Below, in pieces: positions 1-8,912 of a stretch of 64,000 bases of DNA. Position 1 is the first letter of the stretch. Each line of letters starts with the position of its first letter. The notes beneath the pieces are model-generated. The model was not told where the DNA came from. It ran no database searches and was given only the letters and a program-made list of their open reading frames with translations. The stretch lies in contig CAVPNY010000019.1 of the NCBI GenBank assembly GCA_963706905.1, forward strand, positions 27,458-91,457. The letters run 5' to 3'. The translations under genes and the position numbers were made by a program. This DNA is from an uncultured Chloroflexia bacterium. GTDB taxonomy: Bacteria > Chloroflexota > Anaerolineae > Anaerolineales > UBA4823.

Positions 1-1191
1 CAGGCCTTCCTCCCAGCCCGGGATAACCCCGCCAGTTCCGAGGGTAAAGGTGAAGGGTTCGCCGCGGGTGACCGAGCTGTCGAACAACGTGCCATCCTCA
101 AGCCAACCACTATATTGAACTGATACAGTCTGCCCGCTGGCTGCCTCAGCGCCCTCGCCGGTCACGATGTCGTAATAGGCCAGGCCGCTATCGGTGGTGG
201 TGAGCTTGTCTTCGGGTGCCCTGGACAGGACCGGCGGCTCCAGGCGATCGACCAGCTCGACTTCCATCACCAGGGTGGCGTTCGCCGGGATTCCGCTGCC
301 GCCTGTCTCGCCTAATCCCAGGTCGGCCGGGATGACCAGATAGCGTTTACCGCCCACCTGCATCCCCAGCATACCTTCCTCCCATCCGGGGAAGACCGTA
401 TCGCCGGCACCCGTGGTAAAGGTCAGTGGATTGACCCCATCTGAGCCGGTGATGTAATCGACTTCATTCTCACCCTGCACCCAGATGGTGTAATGTGTGC
501 TGACGATGTCCCCGGCTTTGACGGCTTCGCCTTCACCGGTGGTCAGGTCGGCGTACTGCAGACCGCTGTCAGTGGTGGTCAGTTCAGAGGAAGTCACCGT
601 GGTCGGCTTTGGCGGTTCTTCGGCGCTGACCAGCTCGACCTCCAGAATAACCTGGCTGTTGGCTGGGACCACGCCGGAGTAGCCCTGTGCGCCAAAAGCA
701 AGCTCAGGGGGCAGCACCATTTTTGCCGTGCTGCCAACTTTCATCAAGGCCAGCCCTTCATCCATACCGGGCAAAATCTGGTCTTGCAAAAAGACGATTG
801 TGATTGGTTTGCCGTACTCTTGCGCGGTGTTGGCAAACTCGGTTCCATCGGGCAACGTGGCAGTGAAATTTAAAGTGAGGATATCGCCTTCCTGCGGAAC
901 GGCCCCGCTACCGGGGGTCACTTCGAGGAACTGCAAACCGCTGGCGGATGTTTTGGCGCCTTCCAGCACGATGGGTTCCTGGGTAGCCTGCGGAGTGGCT
1001 CCCTCTGTCGATGCATTGTCAGATAAATCGGATAATGCATCCGATAATGCGTCGGTCGCGGCTGGCGCAACGGTGGCAATCGTGGCTTCGGTCGGCTGTT
1101 CGGAGGCTGGCGTGGTCGTGCTGGAACAAGCTGCCAGGCTCAGCAGAAGAATTGTGGCAATGGTGATGGCGATCTTGTTTTTTAAGTTCAC
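1..1191 (-). CDS. FKBP-type peptidyl-prolyl cis-trans isomerase lipoprotein with three tandem FKBP domains (3' end runs off the left window edge)
   Basis: Not in the ORF track because it is truncated by the window edge. My own minus-strand translation from GTG 1191-1189 gives VNLKNKIAITIATILLLSLAACSS (signal peptide plus lipobox Cys). Three FKBP-like repeats follow (...PG(W/M)(E/D)EG...(V/M).VG(G/S).....IP..L(A/G).G......IP.N(A/S).L..EVELV). AAAGGAA lies just upstream of the start. Confidence 0.85.
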   Translation of the reverse strand, partial: MNLKNKIAITIATILLLSLAACSSTTTPASEQPTEATIATVAPAATDALSDALSDLSDNASTEGATPQATQEPIVLEGAKTSASGLQFLEVTPGSGAVPQEGDILTLNFTATLPDGTEFANTAQEYGKPITIVFLQDQILPGMDEGLALMKVGSTAKMVLPPELAFGAQGYSGVVPANSQVILEVELVSAEEPPKPTTVTSSELTTTDSGLQYADLTTGEGEAVKAGDIVSTHYTIWVQGENEVDYITGSDGVNPLTFTTGAGDTVFPGWEEGMLGMQVGGKRYLVIPADLGLGETGGSGIPANATLVMEVELVDRLEPPVLSRAPEDKLTTTDSGLAYYDIVTGEGAEAASGQTVSVQYSGWLEDGTLFDSSVTRGEPFTFTLGTGGVIPGWEEGL

Positions 1192-1370
1192 GAAAAGTTC
1201 CTTTAGTTTTTTTTGAAAAACTTGCTTCCCGGGTTTTCCCAGGCAGTGAATTTGAGCTGCCGTTGCCCGGGAACTCTTAATTCCGGATAGCATCATACCT
1301 CATATACCTGTGAAAAGGGTGAGAATAGAGTTAGGGTGAATATAGTTAGAAATGAGAGCAAGTACAAAAG

Positions 1371-1406
1371 CGCTGGCCCGCGATTTAGCTCGATCGCGGG
1401 CCAGCG
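1371..1406 (-). terminator. Putative intrinsic terminator of the ABC-2 exporter operon
   Basis: Perfect 14-bp inverted repeat CGCTGGCCCGCGAT / ATCGCGGGCCAGCG with an 8-nt loop, 22 nt past the permease stop on the minus strand. It is followed on that strand by CTTTTGT (weak U-tract). Confidence 0.5.
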
Positions 1407-1427
1407 ATATACCCCCGGTCTCGGGTT

Positions 1428-2705
1428 TCACCCCTCAAACCGGAAGCGCCAGATGGCAATTAAGAAGAAGACGATGCCAAATGCCAGCAGGATGCCGATC
1501 TCGGGCAAGATCTGGATGATGGTTTCGTTTTCTGCCATCACCCGGTAGTAACCCTCGACGGCATGAGCGTGTGGGGTGAGCTTGGAGATCACGCCAATAA
1601 ATCCGCCTGCCCGGCTGAGTGGCTCCTTGCCGGTGGGCAGGGCGCCTCCCAGCCCGGCCAGCACGAACGCCAGGATCAGGCCGGTGCTGTTGGCCTGGCT
1701 GGCTGATTTTGCCAGGGCGGCAACCATCATCCCCATCGCCGCGGCGGTGAAGGTGACCACCAGGGTCATCACCACCAGCGCCAGCGGTGAGCGGCCCAGC
1801 GGCGCTCCGAGCAGCAAGTTAGCCACGCCGAACATGATCACCACCTGCATACAGCCCAGCAGCATGAAGGCCAGTATCTTGCCGGCGATGATCGCCCCGC
1901 GCGGCACCGGCGCAGACAGCAGGCGCCGGATCGTACCGGCTTCGCGCTCGCCCAGCAGGGAATTGCTGCACATCGCCACGATGAAAAAGATGAACATGAC
2001 CGTCAGACCGGCGAATTGATAAGCAATGAAGAGCTCGATGCCTCCCTGGATCTTGGCCCCTTGCAGGTCCTCGCTGACGACCAGGATCGCCGGGTTGCGG
2101 CGCATGTCATTGATGCGGGTCATGATCACGCCCAGGTTCTGCGCTTTGATGGCGCGCTGCTCCTCAGAGCTGGCCTGGGCCAGCAGGCCTGATTCCTCGA
2201 AGATGCTGCGCACACCATATTGCACCTCTCCCCACAAGCTGACTTCACTCACCACCTGGTTCATGATGCCGGCGACGATACTGGCGCTCTCCGGCTGGGC
2301 AGGGTCGACCATTACCTCGATCTCGGTTGGCGAGTAGGCATTGATCTTCTCGCTGAAATCTGCCGGAAGGATGATGGCGGAAGTGATCTCACCCTGGGCC
2401 ACTCTCTCCACCGCCTGGTCAGCACTGCTGAACACCTGCACCTGTAACTGATCGATGTCTTGAATCGCTTTCGATACTTCCGTCCCAAAAGCGCCCGGGT
2501 CCTGGTTCACCAGCCCGACCTTCAACAATATTCCACCCTGCCCCCCCTCTTCGCTTGTAGATGAAGTCACCGCCAGGTTCATACCGCCAATAAATCCGCC
2601 GATCAAAAGCGGCAATAAGAAGAGCATTACCAGCCAACCGCGGTCCTTGAGGATAAGCTGGATTTCCTTCCAGGCAACCGATAGCGTGTAATAGATCGCT
2701 TTCAT
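1428..2705 (-). CDS. ABC-2 type transporter permease
   Basis: 425-aa ORF with one N-terminal TM helix, a long loop and then a cluster of C-terminal TM helices (GLTVMFIFFIVAM, ILAFMLLGCMQVVIMF, LVVMTLVVTFTAAAMGMMVAAL). This is the ABC-2/YhhJ layout. It is the last gene of an operon with a paralogous permease and an ABC ATPase. Confidence 0.8.
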   Translation of the reverse strand: MKAIYYTLSVAWKEIQLILKDRGWLVMLFLLPLLIGGFIGGMNLAVTSSTSEEGGQGGILLKVGLVNQDPGAFGTEVSKAIQDIDQLQVQVFSSADQAVERVAQGEITSAIILPADFSEKINAYSPTEIEVMVDPAQPESASIVAGIMNQVVSEVSLWGEVQYGVRSIFEESGLLAQASSEEQRAIKAQNLGVIMTRINDMRRNPAILVVSEDLQGAKIQGGIELFIAYQFAGLTVMFIFFIVAMCSNSLLGEREAGTIRRLLSAPVPRGAIIAGKILAFMLLGCMQVVIMFGVANLLLGAPLGRSPLALVVMTLVVTFTAAAMGMMVAALAKSASQANSTGLILAFVLAGLGGALPTGKEPLSRAGGFIGVISKLTPHAHAVEGYYRVMAENETIIQILPEIGILLAFGIVFFLIAIWRFRFEG

Positions 2706-2727
2706 AGGTCATTCTCCCGGTATGGAT

Positions 2728-3969
2728 TTACTCGAAATCAAACCGCCATAAGCCGATGACGAAGAAGAGCATGGCAAACCCGAGCAGTATAGCCAGCTCG
2801 AGAGCAACATCCTGTAGCCCGAGGCCGCGCAGGAGCAGGTCATCGAAAGCGCGGTTGGCCCAATACTGGGGCACGATCTTTGGTAAAGGACCCAGGTAGC
2901 GGTCCAGCAGGAAAGCCGGAGCGATGCAGCCGCCCAGCAGGCCCATGCCCCACAGTACCAAAGTGCCCATCCCGCCGATCTGGTTCTCGGTGCGGGCGAT
3001 GGCGGCGATGACGATCCCCAGGGCGCTGGCGCACAATGCCATCACGATGGAGACCAGCGCCACAGCCAGGGGAGCATCTTCGAATGGCACCGGGGTCGCC
3101 CCGATCAGTCGCAAACCCAGGCTGCCGAAGAGGAAGATGACCAGGATTTGCACCAGAGCAGTGAGGAAGTTGGGCAAAATTTTTCCGGCTAACAAGGCTG
3201 GTCTGCTCAGGGGGGCAGCCATCAATCGGCGGAATGAGCCGACTTTCTTCTCTTCGTAGATCGAGCGGGCTGCGGTCTGAGCGGATAGGAAGACGAACAG
3301 CACGGTGACGCCAGATAAGACCGCCTTTCCGAAATCAGGCATCGCCTCACTCTCTCCCTGCTGAGCGGGGACAGTCTGTTTTACAACGATCAAAGGCCGC
3401 GTTCTGGATTGCTCGAATTGGTTGCTTGCCTGCGCGACCAGGCGATCGGTGCTGAAGGCTTGCGCTGCATCCGGGTTGCCGGCTTGCATATCGCCCATCT
3501 GGCGCAGGCTGGCGAGAATCTGGCTTTCCAGGGTCATGTCGTTTGCCACGCCTTCCAGGACCAGCATCACAGACTCCGTCTCCTGTGCGCTTGCATCCGG
3601 ATGCGCCACCAGGCGCAGGGTCACCGGACGTCCTGCGCTCAATCCAGCGCTGAAATCAGCCGGAATGAACAGGAGGCGGCCCAGCTTGTTCTCGTCCAGC
3701 AAAGACTCCGCTTCAGCTTGATCATAAAGTTCGGTACGCACGCCGCCGGCCGCGTCGATGCCTGCCAGCAGCGATTGGGCCCCTGTGCCGCCATCCAGGT
3801 TGACGACCGCCAGCGCCATTCTGGTATCCCCTGTGCTGCTTCCGATGGAGCTCAATCCTCCACTGAAAATAAGCACAAAGAGCAGGGGCAGCAGAAAATA
3901 CTGGAACAGCGAGCCGCGGTCCTTGACCAGGAGCTGTAAATCCTTGAGGGTTATGCTCAATGCTTTCAT
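2728..3969 (-). CDS. ABC-2 type transporter permease (paralogue of 1428..2705)
   Basis: 413-aa ORF with the same topology and the same N-terminal motif (MKALSITLKDLQLLVKDRGSL versus MKAIYYTLSVAWKEIQLILKDRGWL). It lies 6 nt downstream of the ATPase gene. Confidence 0.8.
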   Translation of the reverse strand: MKALSITLKDLQLLVKDRGSLFQYFLLPLLFVLIFSGGLSSIGSSTGDTRMALAVVNLDGGTGAQSLLAGIDAAGGVRTELYDQAEAESLLDENKLGRLLFIPADFSAGLSAGRPVTLRLVAHPDASAQETESVMLVLEGVANDMTLESQILASLRQMGDMQAGNPDAAQAFSTDRLVAQASNQFEQSRTRPLIVVKQTVPAQQGESEAMPDFGKAVLSGVTVLFVFLSAQTAARSIYEEKKVGSFRRLMAAPLSRPALLAGKILPNFLTALVQILVIFLFGSLGLRLIGATPVPFEDAPLAVALVSIVMALCASALGIVIAAIARTENQIGGMGTLVLWGMGLLGGCIAPAFLLDRYLGPLPKIVPQYWANRAFDDLLLRGLGLQDVALELAILLGFAMLFFVIGLWRFDFE

Positions 3970-3975
3970 TTTCGC

Positions 3976-4983
3976 TCACTCCCGTAATTTCTTCCCGGTC
4001 AAATGCAGGAAGACGCTTTCCAGGTTAGGCTGCAGGATATCCAGCGAGGTGAGGCTGATGTTTTTCTGATTGAGGTATTCAATCACGTTCAACACAGCTT
4101 CCTGGTTGTGTTCCGCCACGATCTTGATCACTGGATTGGCAGCCGGGGTTTTTCCCTCTTTTTCCTGCACGCTGCCCTCAAGAGCAGGCGGGCTGACGGG
4201 CGGAGGCACCAGCTCGACAGCTTTGACCGCCGGCAGCGCAGCCAGTTGGCCCAGCATGTTCTCATCCACAGAAGCGAGGCCGATGTAGATCACGCCACCG
4301 CCCAGCATAGCGATCAGGTTCTTGATCGTATCCAGGGCGATGATCTTGCCCTGGTCAATGATCGCCACCCGGTTACAAAGCAATTCAACCTCTTCCATAT
4401 AATGGCTGGTGTAAACCACGCTCATGCCGCGCTCGCGGTTCAGGCGCTGCACGCTCTCGAAGATCTGGTTGCGGCTCTGCGGGTCGACCCCCACGGTGGG
4501 CTCGTCGAGGAACAGCAGGCGCGGCTGGTGCACCAGCCCGGCGGCGATGTTCACCCTGCGTTTCATCCCACCGGAGTATTTGTCAACCACCTGGTCGGCG
4601 CGCTCGGTCAGCGCCACCACGTGCAGCACGTCGTCGACGCGTTCCTTGAGCTGCCGCCCGCGCAGCCCGTAAATGCGACCAAAGAAGTTCAGGTTAGCCC
4701 GGGCGCTTAGCGTGGGATACAGCGCCAGGTCTTGCGGCACCAGCCCGTTGATCTCCTTGACCTTGCTCATCTGGGTGTGGAGATCGAACCCGCCGATACG
4801 CGCCTTGCCAGAGGTGGGGGTGATCACGCCGGTCAGCATGGAGATGGTCTGGGTCTTGCCGGCCCCGTTCGGTCCCAGCAGGCCAAACACCTCGCCCTGT
4901 TCGACGCTAAAGCTGATCCCTTTAACAGCTTCGAAGTCACCGTATTTTTTGACAAGATTTTCCACTTCTAGAATTGCGGGCAT
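3976..4983 (-). CDS. ABC transporter ATP-binding protein
   Basis: Walker A GPNGAGKTQT, signature YSGGMKRRVNIA, Walker B LLFLDEPTVGVD, H-loop TSHYMEE. I prefer ATG 4983 (MPAILEVENL) because AAGGAG lies 8 nt upstream; the ORF-track start is 5013. Confidence 0.9.
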   Translation of the reverse strand: MPAILEVENLVKKYGDFEAVKGISFSVEQGEVFGLLGPNGAGKTQTISMLTGVITPTSGKARIGGFDLHTQMSKVKEINGLVPQDLALYPTLSARANLNFFGRIYGLRGRQLKERVDDVLHVVALTERADQVVDKYSGGMKRRVNIAAGLVHQPRLLFLDEPTVGVDPQSRNQIFESVQRLNRERGMSVVYTSHYMEEVELLCNRVAIIDQGKIIALDTIKNLIAMLGGGVIYIGLASVDENMLGQLAALPAVKAVELVPPPVSPPALEGSVQEKEGKTPAANPVIKIVAEHNQEAVLNVIEYLNQKNISLTSLDILQPNLESVFLHLTGKKLRE

Positions 4984-5010
4984 ACTTAAACTCCTTTCGA
5001 GAACATAAAC

Positions 5011-5078
5011 CACAGATGGACACGGATAAACACGGATGTTAATCAGAGCATATCTGTATGCACCTGTGTTTATCTGTG
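5011..5078. promoter_or_regulatory. Phased heptamer array (putative operator) in the divergent ABC operon / LuxR-regulator intergenic region
   Basis: CACAGAT (5011), CACGGAT (5021) and CACGGAT (5031) are direct repeats at 10-bp spacing. They are mirrored by ATCTGTA (5052), ACCTGTG (5062) and ATCTGTG (5072), also at 10-bp spacing. The outer pair is a perfect inverted repeat. The array starts 28 nt upstream of the ATPase start codon. Confidence 0.5.
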
Positions 5079-5217
5079 TATTATTTTGAACAATGATTGC
5101 TGGCGATCACGAACCATGGGATCTCTCCAGGTTTACTATAGCAAATTGGCGAATTGAAGTCATCTATCATTGGGTAGATCAGGGGGGTTGAAATCCCTGT
5201 ATAATTTAATTGCATCC

Positions 5218-7842
5218 ATGGACCAAATTCTGCTGGCTACCAAGCTCTACCCGCCGGTGATCCGGGAAAACCTGGTGCATCGAGCGCGCCTTGTGAACCA
5301 GCTGCAGGCTGGGTTGAGTGCGGAGGCCGGTTTTGGTCGCAAGCTGACCCTGATCTCTGCCCCGGCAGGGTATGGCAAGAGCACCCTGGCCGCGGAATGG
5401 CTGGCAGCCGCGCCAGCGCCGGCTGTCTGGCTGTCTCTGGATAACTCAGACAATGACCCGGCGCGCTTCCTGGCTTACCTGCTGGCGGTCTTCCAGGGGG
5501 TGAATGCCAGCCTGGGCGTAGTCGCGCAAACCATGCTTCAGGCGCCCCAGCCGCCGCCGGCCGAAGTTGTCCTGACGACGCTGCTCAATGACCTGGCTGC
5601 CGCCGAGCCGCTTATCCTGGTGCTGGACGACTATCACACCATCCACAGCCAACCTATTCACAAATTGATAGCAACACTCCTGGAGCGCCAGCCGGTGACT
5701 CTGCACCTGGTGATCTTGACCCGCGAAGACCCGCTGCTGCCGATCTCCCGGTTGCTGGCGCGTGGCCAGGCTTTTCAGTTACGCCAGGATGATCTGCGCT
5801 TTGCCCTCGGCGAGACGGCTGAATTCCTCAGCCGCACGATGGGGCTCTACCTGCCACCCGGCGACCTGGCTGAGCTTCAGCTACGCACAGAAGGCTGGAT
5901 CGCTGGCCTGCAGCTGGCGGCCATCTCCATCCAGAGTCACCCAGACCGGCAAGAGTTTATTGCCTCCTTCGCTGGCAGCAGCCGTTTTATCCTGGATTAC
6001 CTGTTCGAGGAAGTTTTCGAGCGCCAGCCAGCCGCCACCCAGGAATTTCTGCTGAAGACCTCCCTGCTCGAGCGGATGACTGGCGGGTTGTGTGACCTGG
6101 TTGCTGGGCGCAGCGACAGCGCCTCCCTGCTGGAGAGCCTCGAGCGGGCTAACCTTTTTATCTCCCCGCTGGACGCCAGCCGGCAGTGGTATCGTTATCA
6201 CCATCTCTTTCAGGAATTGCTGCGCCACCGGTTGCGCTTCCAGGGCAAAGCTGAGGTGGACCGGCTGCACCAGGCCGCCAGCCAATGGTATGAGGCGCAT
6301 GGCCTCCTGGAGGACGCCATCTGGCATACCCTGGCGGCGGATGACTGGGTGTATTCCAGCCGTTTGATCCAGCAGGCAACCGGCGATATGCTCAGGCGCG
6401 GCGAGATCGCCACCCTGCTCGGCTGGTACCAGCGTTTCCCCAGCGAAATCGTTCAAACCGATCCGGGTCTGTGCTTCACTTTTGCCTGGCCGCTGATCCT
6501 GGCAGGGCAGCTCGAGCGAGCCGAGGCGCTGCTGGCTATCGCCGAGGTGGCCGCGCAGCTTGATCCACCTTTCTTGGGTTCCGTGCTGACTGCCCAGTCC
6601 CACCTGGCACGCACGCGCGGCGACCTGCCCCGCACCATCGACCTGTCCCGCCGGGCGCTGGAATGCGTGCCCGAATCCGATCTGACAGACCGCAGCGTGC
6701 TGGCCCTTAACCTGGGGCTAGCCTACTGGCATACCGGCCAGAACAATGCCGCTGAAAAAGCGCTCTCAGAGGCGCAAGACATGGCCCAGGCCTGCGGCAA
6801 TAAGTTTGCCTTGCTAACCGCCATCATTTTCCTGGGGCGGGTATGCGCCGTGCGCGGCGAGCTGCACCAGGCGGCTGAGCGATACCAAATCGCCATCCAG
6901 AAAGGCGGGCAGGTGCCCATCCTGGCGATCGCTCACCATGACCTGGCGATGTTGCATTACGAGTGGAATGATTTCGATGCCAGTTCCAAAGAGTTAAAGC
7001 TTGCCCTGGAATTGAACCGTTTTGGTGGAAACAGCGAAGTCCAGGCAGCTATCTACCTGGTGCTAGCCCGATTGGAATTTGCCCGGGGAGATTTCGCCGG
7101 GATGGAAGTCGCCTATGAGCAGCTCCGCCAGATGGTGGAGAATGCTGAACTCCCGAAGCTGGTACAACAGCGTATCCAGGACAGCCGGGTAGATCTGGCG
7201 CTGGCGCGTGGCGATTTGCCTTTGGCTCAATCACTGGCTGGCTCGAGTGCACCTAAGGCGGACACGCATCCCTTTTATCGCTTCCTGGGACTGGCTGGCG
7301 CCCGCCTGGCCCTGGCTCGCGGGGAAATGTTAACCGCCAGCCAGGTTCTGGGGGATTGCTATGATCAGGCTGAGCGGGAGGGGTGGGGGTATGGCGCACT
7401 GGCGGTGAGGATCTTGCAGGCGCTGGCAGCGCATTCTCGGGAAGCTGCCCTTACTGTTCTTACGGATGCCCTGCAGCGCTCCCAGCCAGATGGATTTCTG
7501 CGGATTTACGCCGATAGCGGGCGAGATTTAATCCCGCTGCTCGAGGAAGCTGCCCGGCGGGGCGTCCACCCAGTGTATGTCGGGCAGATCTTGCGGGCAA
7601 TTGGCGACCAGTTAACCCCCGCCTCCGGCCAATCCCAGGCTGGCCTGGTAGAGCCGCTCAGCGAGCGCGAGCTGGAGGTGCTGCGCTTGATGGCGGCTGG
7701 CCTATCCAACCGGGAGATTGCAGCCCGGCTGGTGGTCAGCCTGGGAACCGTCAAGACTCACGTCCACCATATCTGCGGGAAGATGGGGGTAACGAACCGC
7801 ACCCAGGCTGTCGTTCAAGCCAGGGATTTAGAGATATTATAA
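5218..7842 (+). CDS. MalT/LuxR-family STAND transcriptional regulator (P-loop NTPase + helical/TPR region + LuxR HTH)
   Basis: Walker A-like SAPAGYGKST and Walker B-like ILVLDDYH, followed by a long helical-repeat region. C-terminal LuxR HTH LSERELEVLRLMAAGLSNREIAARLVVSLGTVKTHVHHICGKMGVTNRTQAV. Start placed at ATG 5218 (MDQILLATKLYPP); the ORF-track start is 5170. Confidence 0.9.
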   Translation: MDQILLATKLYPPVIRENLVHRARLVNQLQAGLSAEAGFGRKLTLISAPAGYGKSTLAAEWLAAAPAPAVWLSLDNSDNDPARFLAYLLAVFQGVNASLGVVAQTMLQAPQPPPAEVVLTTLLNDLAAAEPLILVLDDYHTIHSQPIHKLIATLLERQPVTLHLVILTREDPLLPISRLLARGQAFQLRQDDLRFALGETAEFLSRTMGLYLPPGDLAELQLRTEGWIAGLQLAAISIQSHPDRQEFIASFAGSSRFILDYLFEEVFERQPAATQEFLLKTSLLERMTGGLCDLVAGRSDSASLLESLERANLFISPLDASRQWYRYHHLFQELLRHRLRFQGKAEVDRLHQAASQWYEAHGLLEDAIWHTLAADDWVYSSRLIQQATGDMLRRGEIATLLGWYQRFPSEIVQTDPGLCFTFAWPLILAGQLERAEALLAIAEVAAQLDPPFLGSVLTAQSHLARTRGDLPRTIDLSRRALECVPESDLTDRSVLALNLGLAYWHTGQNNAAEKALSEAQDMAQACGNKFALLTAIIFLGRVCAVRGELHQAAERYQIAIQKGGQVPILAIAHHDLAMLHYEWNDFDASSKELKLALELNRFGGNSEVQAAIYLVLARLEFARGDFAGMEVAYEQLRQMVENAELPKLVQQRIQDSRVDLALARGDLPLAQSLAGSSAPKADTHPFYRFLGLAGARLALARGEMLTASQVLGDCYDQAEREGWGYGALAVRILQALAAHSREAALTVLTDALQRSQPDGFLRIYADSGRDLIPLLEEAARRGVHPVYVGQILRAIGDQLTPASGQSQAGLVEPLSERELEVLRLMAAGLSNREIAARLVVSLGTVKTHVHHICGKMGVTNRTQAVVQARDLEIL

Positions 7843-7908
7843 AATCATCCCCCCCAATCTATCCTCCGGTAGATGCAACCATGCTCCCGGTTGGGCTACA
7901 CTGTGCAT

Positions 7909-8139
7909 GTAGCCTGGCCCCTTGTGAGCGAGATCATGAGGATCTTCTGTAGTCTAGCCCCTTGTGGGCGAAGCACGGGCACAAGGCCCTAGACTACAGC
8001 GATGTGGTTTGTTTTGGTCATGAGGCGAGAGAATTCTGTAGTCTAGCCCCTAGTGGGCGTGAACATACGGATCTTCCGTAGCATAGCCCCTTGTGGGCGT
8101 GGAAACAGAGGTGCGTCGTAGTCTGGCCCCTTGTGGGCG
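7909..8139 (+). repeat. Array of a 22-bp REP-like repeat (consensus GTAGTCTAGCCCCTTGTGGGCG), five direct copies plus one inverted copy
   Basis: Direct copies at 7909-7930, 7949-7970, 8038-8059, 8078-8099 and 8118-8139, with starts on a 40-bp lattice and 18-nt different spacers. One inverted, diverged copy at 7976-7997 forms a long imperfect hairpin with copy 2. Each unit contains the mini-hairpin GCCC-CTTGT-GGGC. The same motif recurs at 46398-46603 on the other strand. Confidence 0.85.
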
Positions 8140-8171
8140 TAGTTTCGCTGACAAGACTCGAAAGTGGGAAT

Positions 8172-8381
8172 ATGCATTACGCCGAGATACACATTGAAGG
8201 ATTGCTTGACCCGCATTGGGCGGAATGGCTGGGGGATGTTTCTATTGTCTATACGGAGCAGGACGAGACTATCCTGACCGGATCCTTTCCCGACCAGGCT
8301 TCCCTCTATGGCCTGATCGCCAAGCTGCGCGACCTGGGGGTGAAGCTGATCTCGGTGAACTTCCAGGAAGCGCCCTGCTGA
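8172..8381 (+). CDS. Small conserved hypothetical protein (69 aa)
   Basis: MHYAEIHIEGLLDPHWAEWLGDVSIVYTEQDETILTGSFPDQASLYGLIAKLRDLGVKLISVNF. From memory this resembles a widespread family of ~65-aa proteins (..G.LD..W..WL......... T.L.G...DQ.AL.G.L..LRDLG..L.S). Start moved to ATG 8172, because the upstream part of the 8091 ORF lies in the repeat array. Confidence 0.6.
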   Translation: MHYAEIHIEGLLDPHWAEWLGDVSIVYTEQDETILTGSFPDQASLYGLIAKLRDLGVKLISVNFQEAPC

Positions 8382-8408
8382 GATTCCCTGCGATTTTTAA
8401 TCAGACAC

Positions 8409-8777
8409 TCAACCCGGTTGGGTGTTTCCCTTCCCGATCCAGCCCAGATGCGTATGTTGAAAAGCATCCGGGTATTTCAATCCGTAGCCCAGGACGCGGT
8501 CAGCGCTGGAATGCCCCAGGATGATCACGCCTGCCAGCTGCAGCAGCGGGATGGAAAAACCCGCTCCGATCAAGAATAGCGCCACGGCGATCGCCTTATG
8601 GTGGAGCAGGTTGTAAATCTGTGCGCCAACCTGCGGGCTGATGAAATAGCCGATCATGCCCAGGTCAGGTGCCAGGAACAACAGGGCGTACCACCACCAG
8701 GCATAATCCAGCTGGATGAACAGGTAGATCGATAACAGGAACAGGAATAGCTCTTCTAGCTTGATCAGGTTTCTCAT
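8409..8777 (-). CDS. DUF4260-like small membrane protein
   Basis: 122-aa ORF with 3-4 TM helices and motifs LAPDLGMIGY and LHHK...GHSSADRVLGYGLKY, which I recognise as DUF4260-like. Confidence 0.6.
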   Translation of the reverse strand: MRNLIKLEELFLFLLSIYLFIQLDYAWWWYALLFLAPDLGMIGYFISPQVGAQIYNLLHHKAIAVALFLIGAGFSIPLLQLAGVIILGHSSADRVLGYGLKYPDAFQHTHLGWIGKGNTQPG

Positions 8778-8912
8778 CGAGGATTTCCTTTAAAGAATAA
8801 TGGACAATTATAGTCCAGATATCACAAGGATCTCTCCTAGCTTTGCCCGCCGGAAGAACAAATCTGGCAATCTGCAGCTGGGCTGAATCTCCCCGCGCTC
8901 AGACTTGCCAAT

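Noticed and set aside
7909-8139. Possible CRISPR array (regular 22-bp repeats with unique 18-nt spacers)
   Set aside because: Repeat and spacer lengths are below those of known CRISPR arrays. One unit is inverted and forms a hairpin with its neighbour. The second locus of the same motif (46398-46603) has near-identical spacers, so it is a tandem duplication. No cas genes or leader-like region are present. I treat it as a REP-like repeat family instead.
8091-8171. Upstream extension of the small ORF (track start 8091; MWAWKQRCVVVWPLVGVVSLTRLESGN...)
   Set aside because: The extension is translated from the last units of the 22-bp repeat array. The conserved-looking part begins at ATG 8172.
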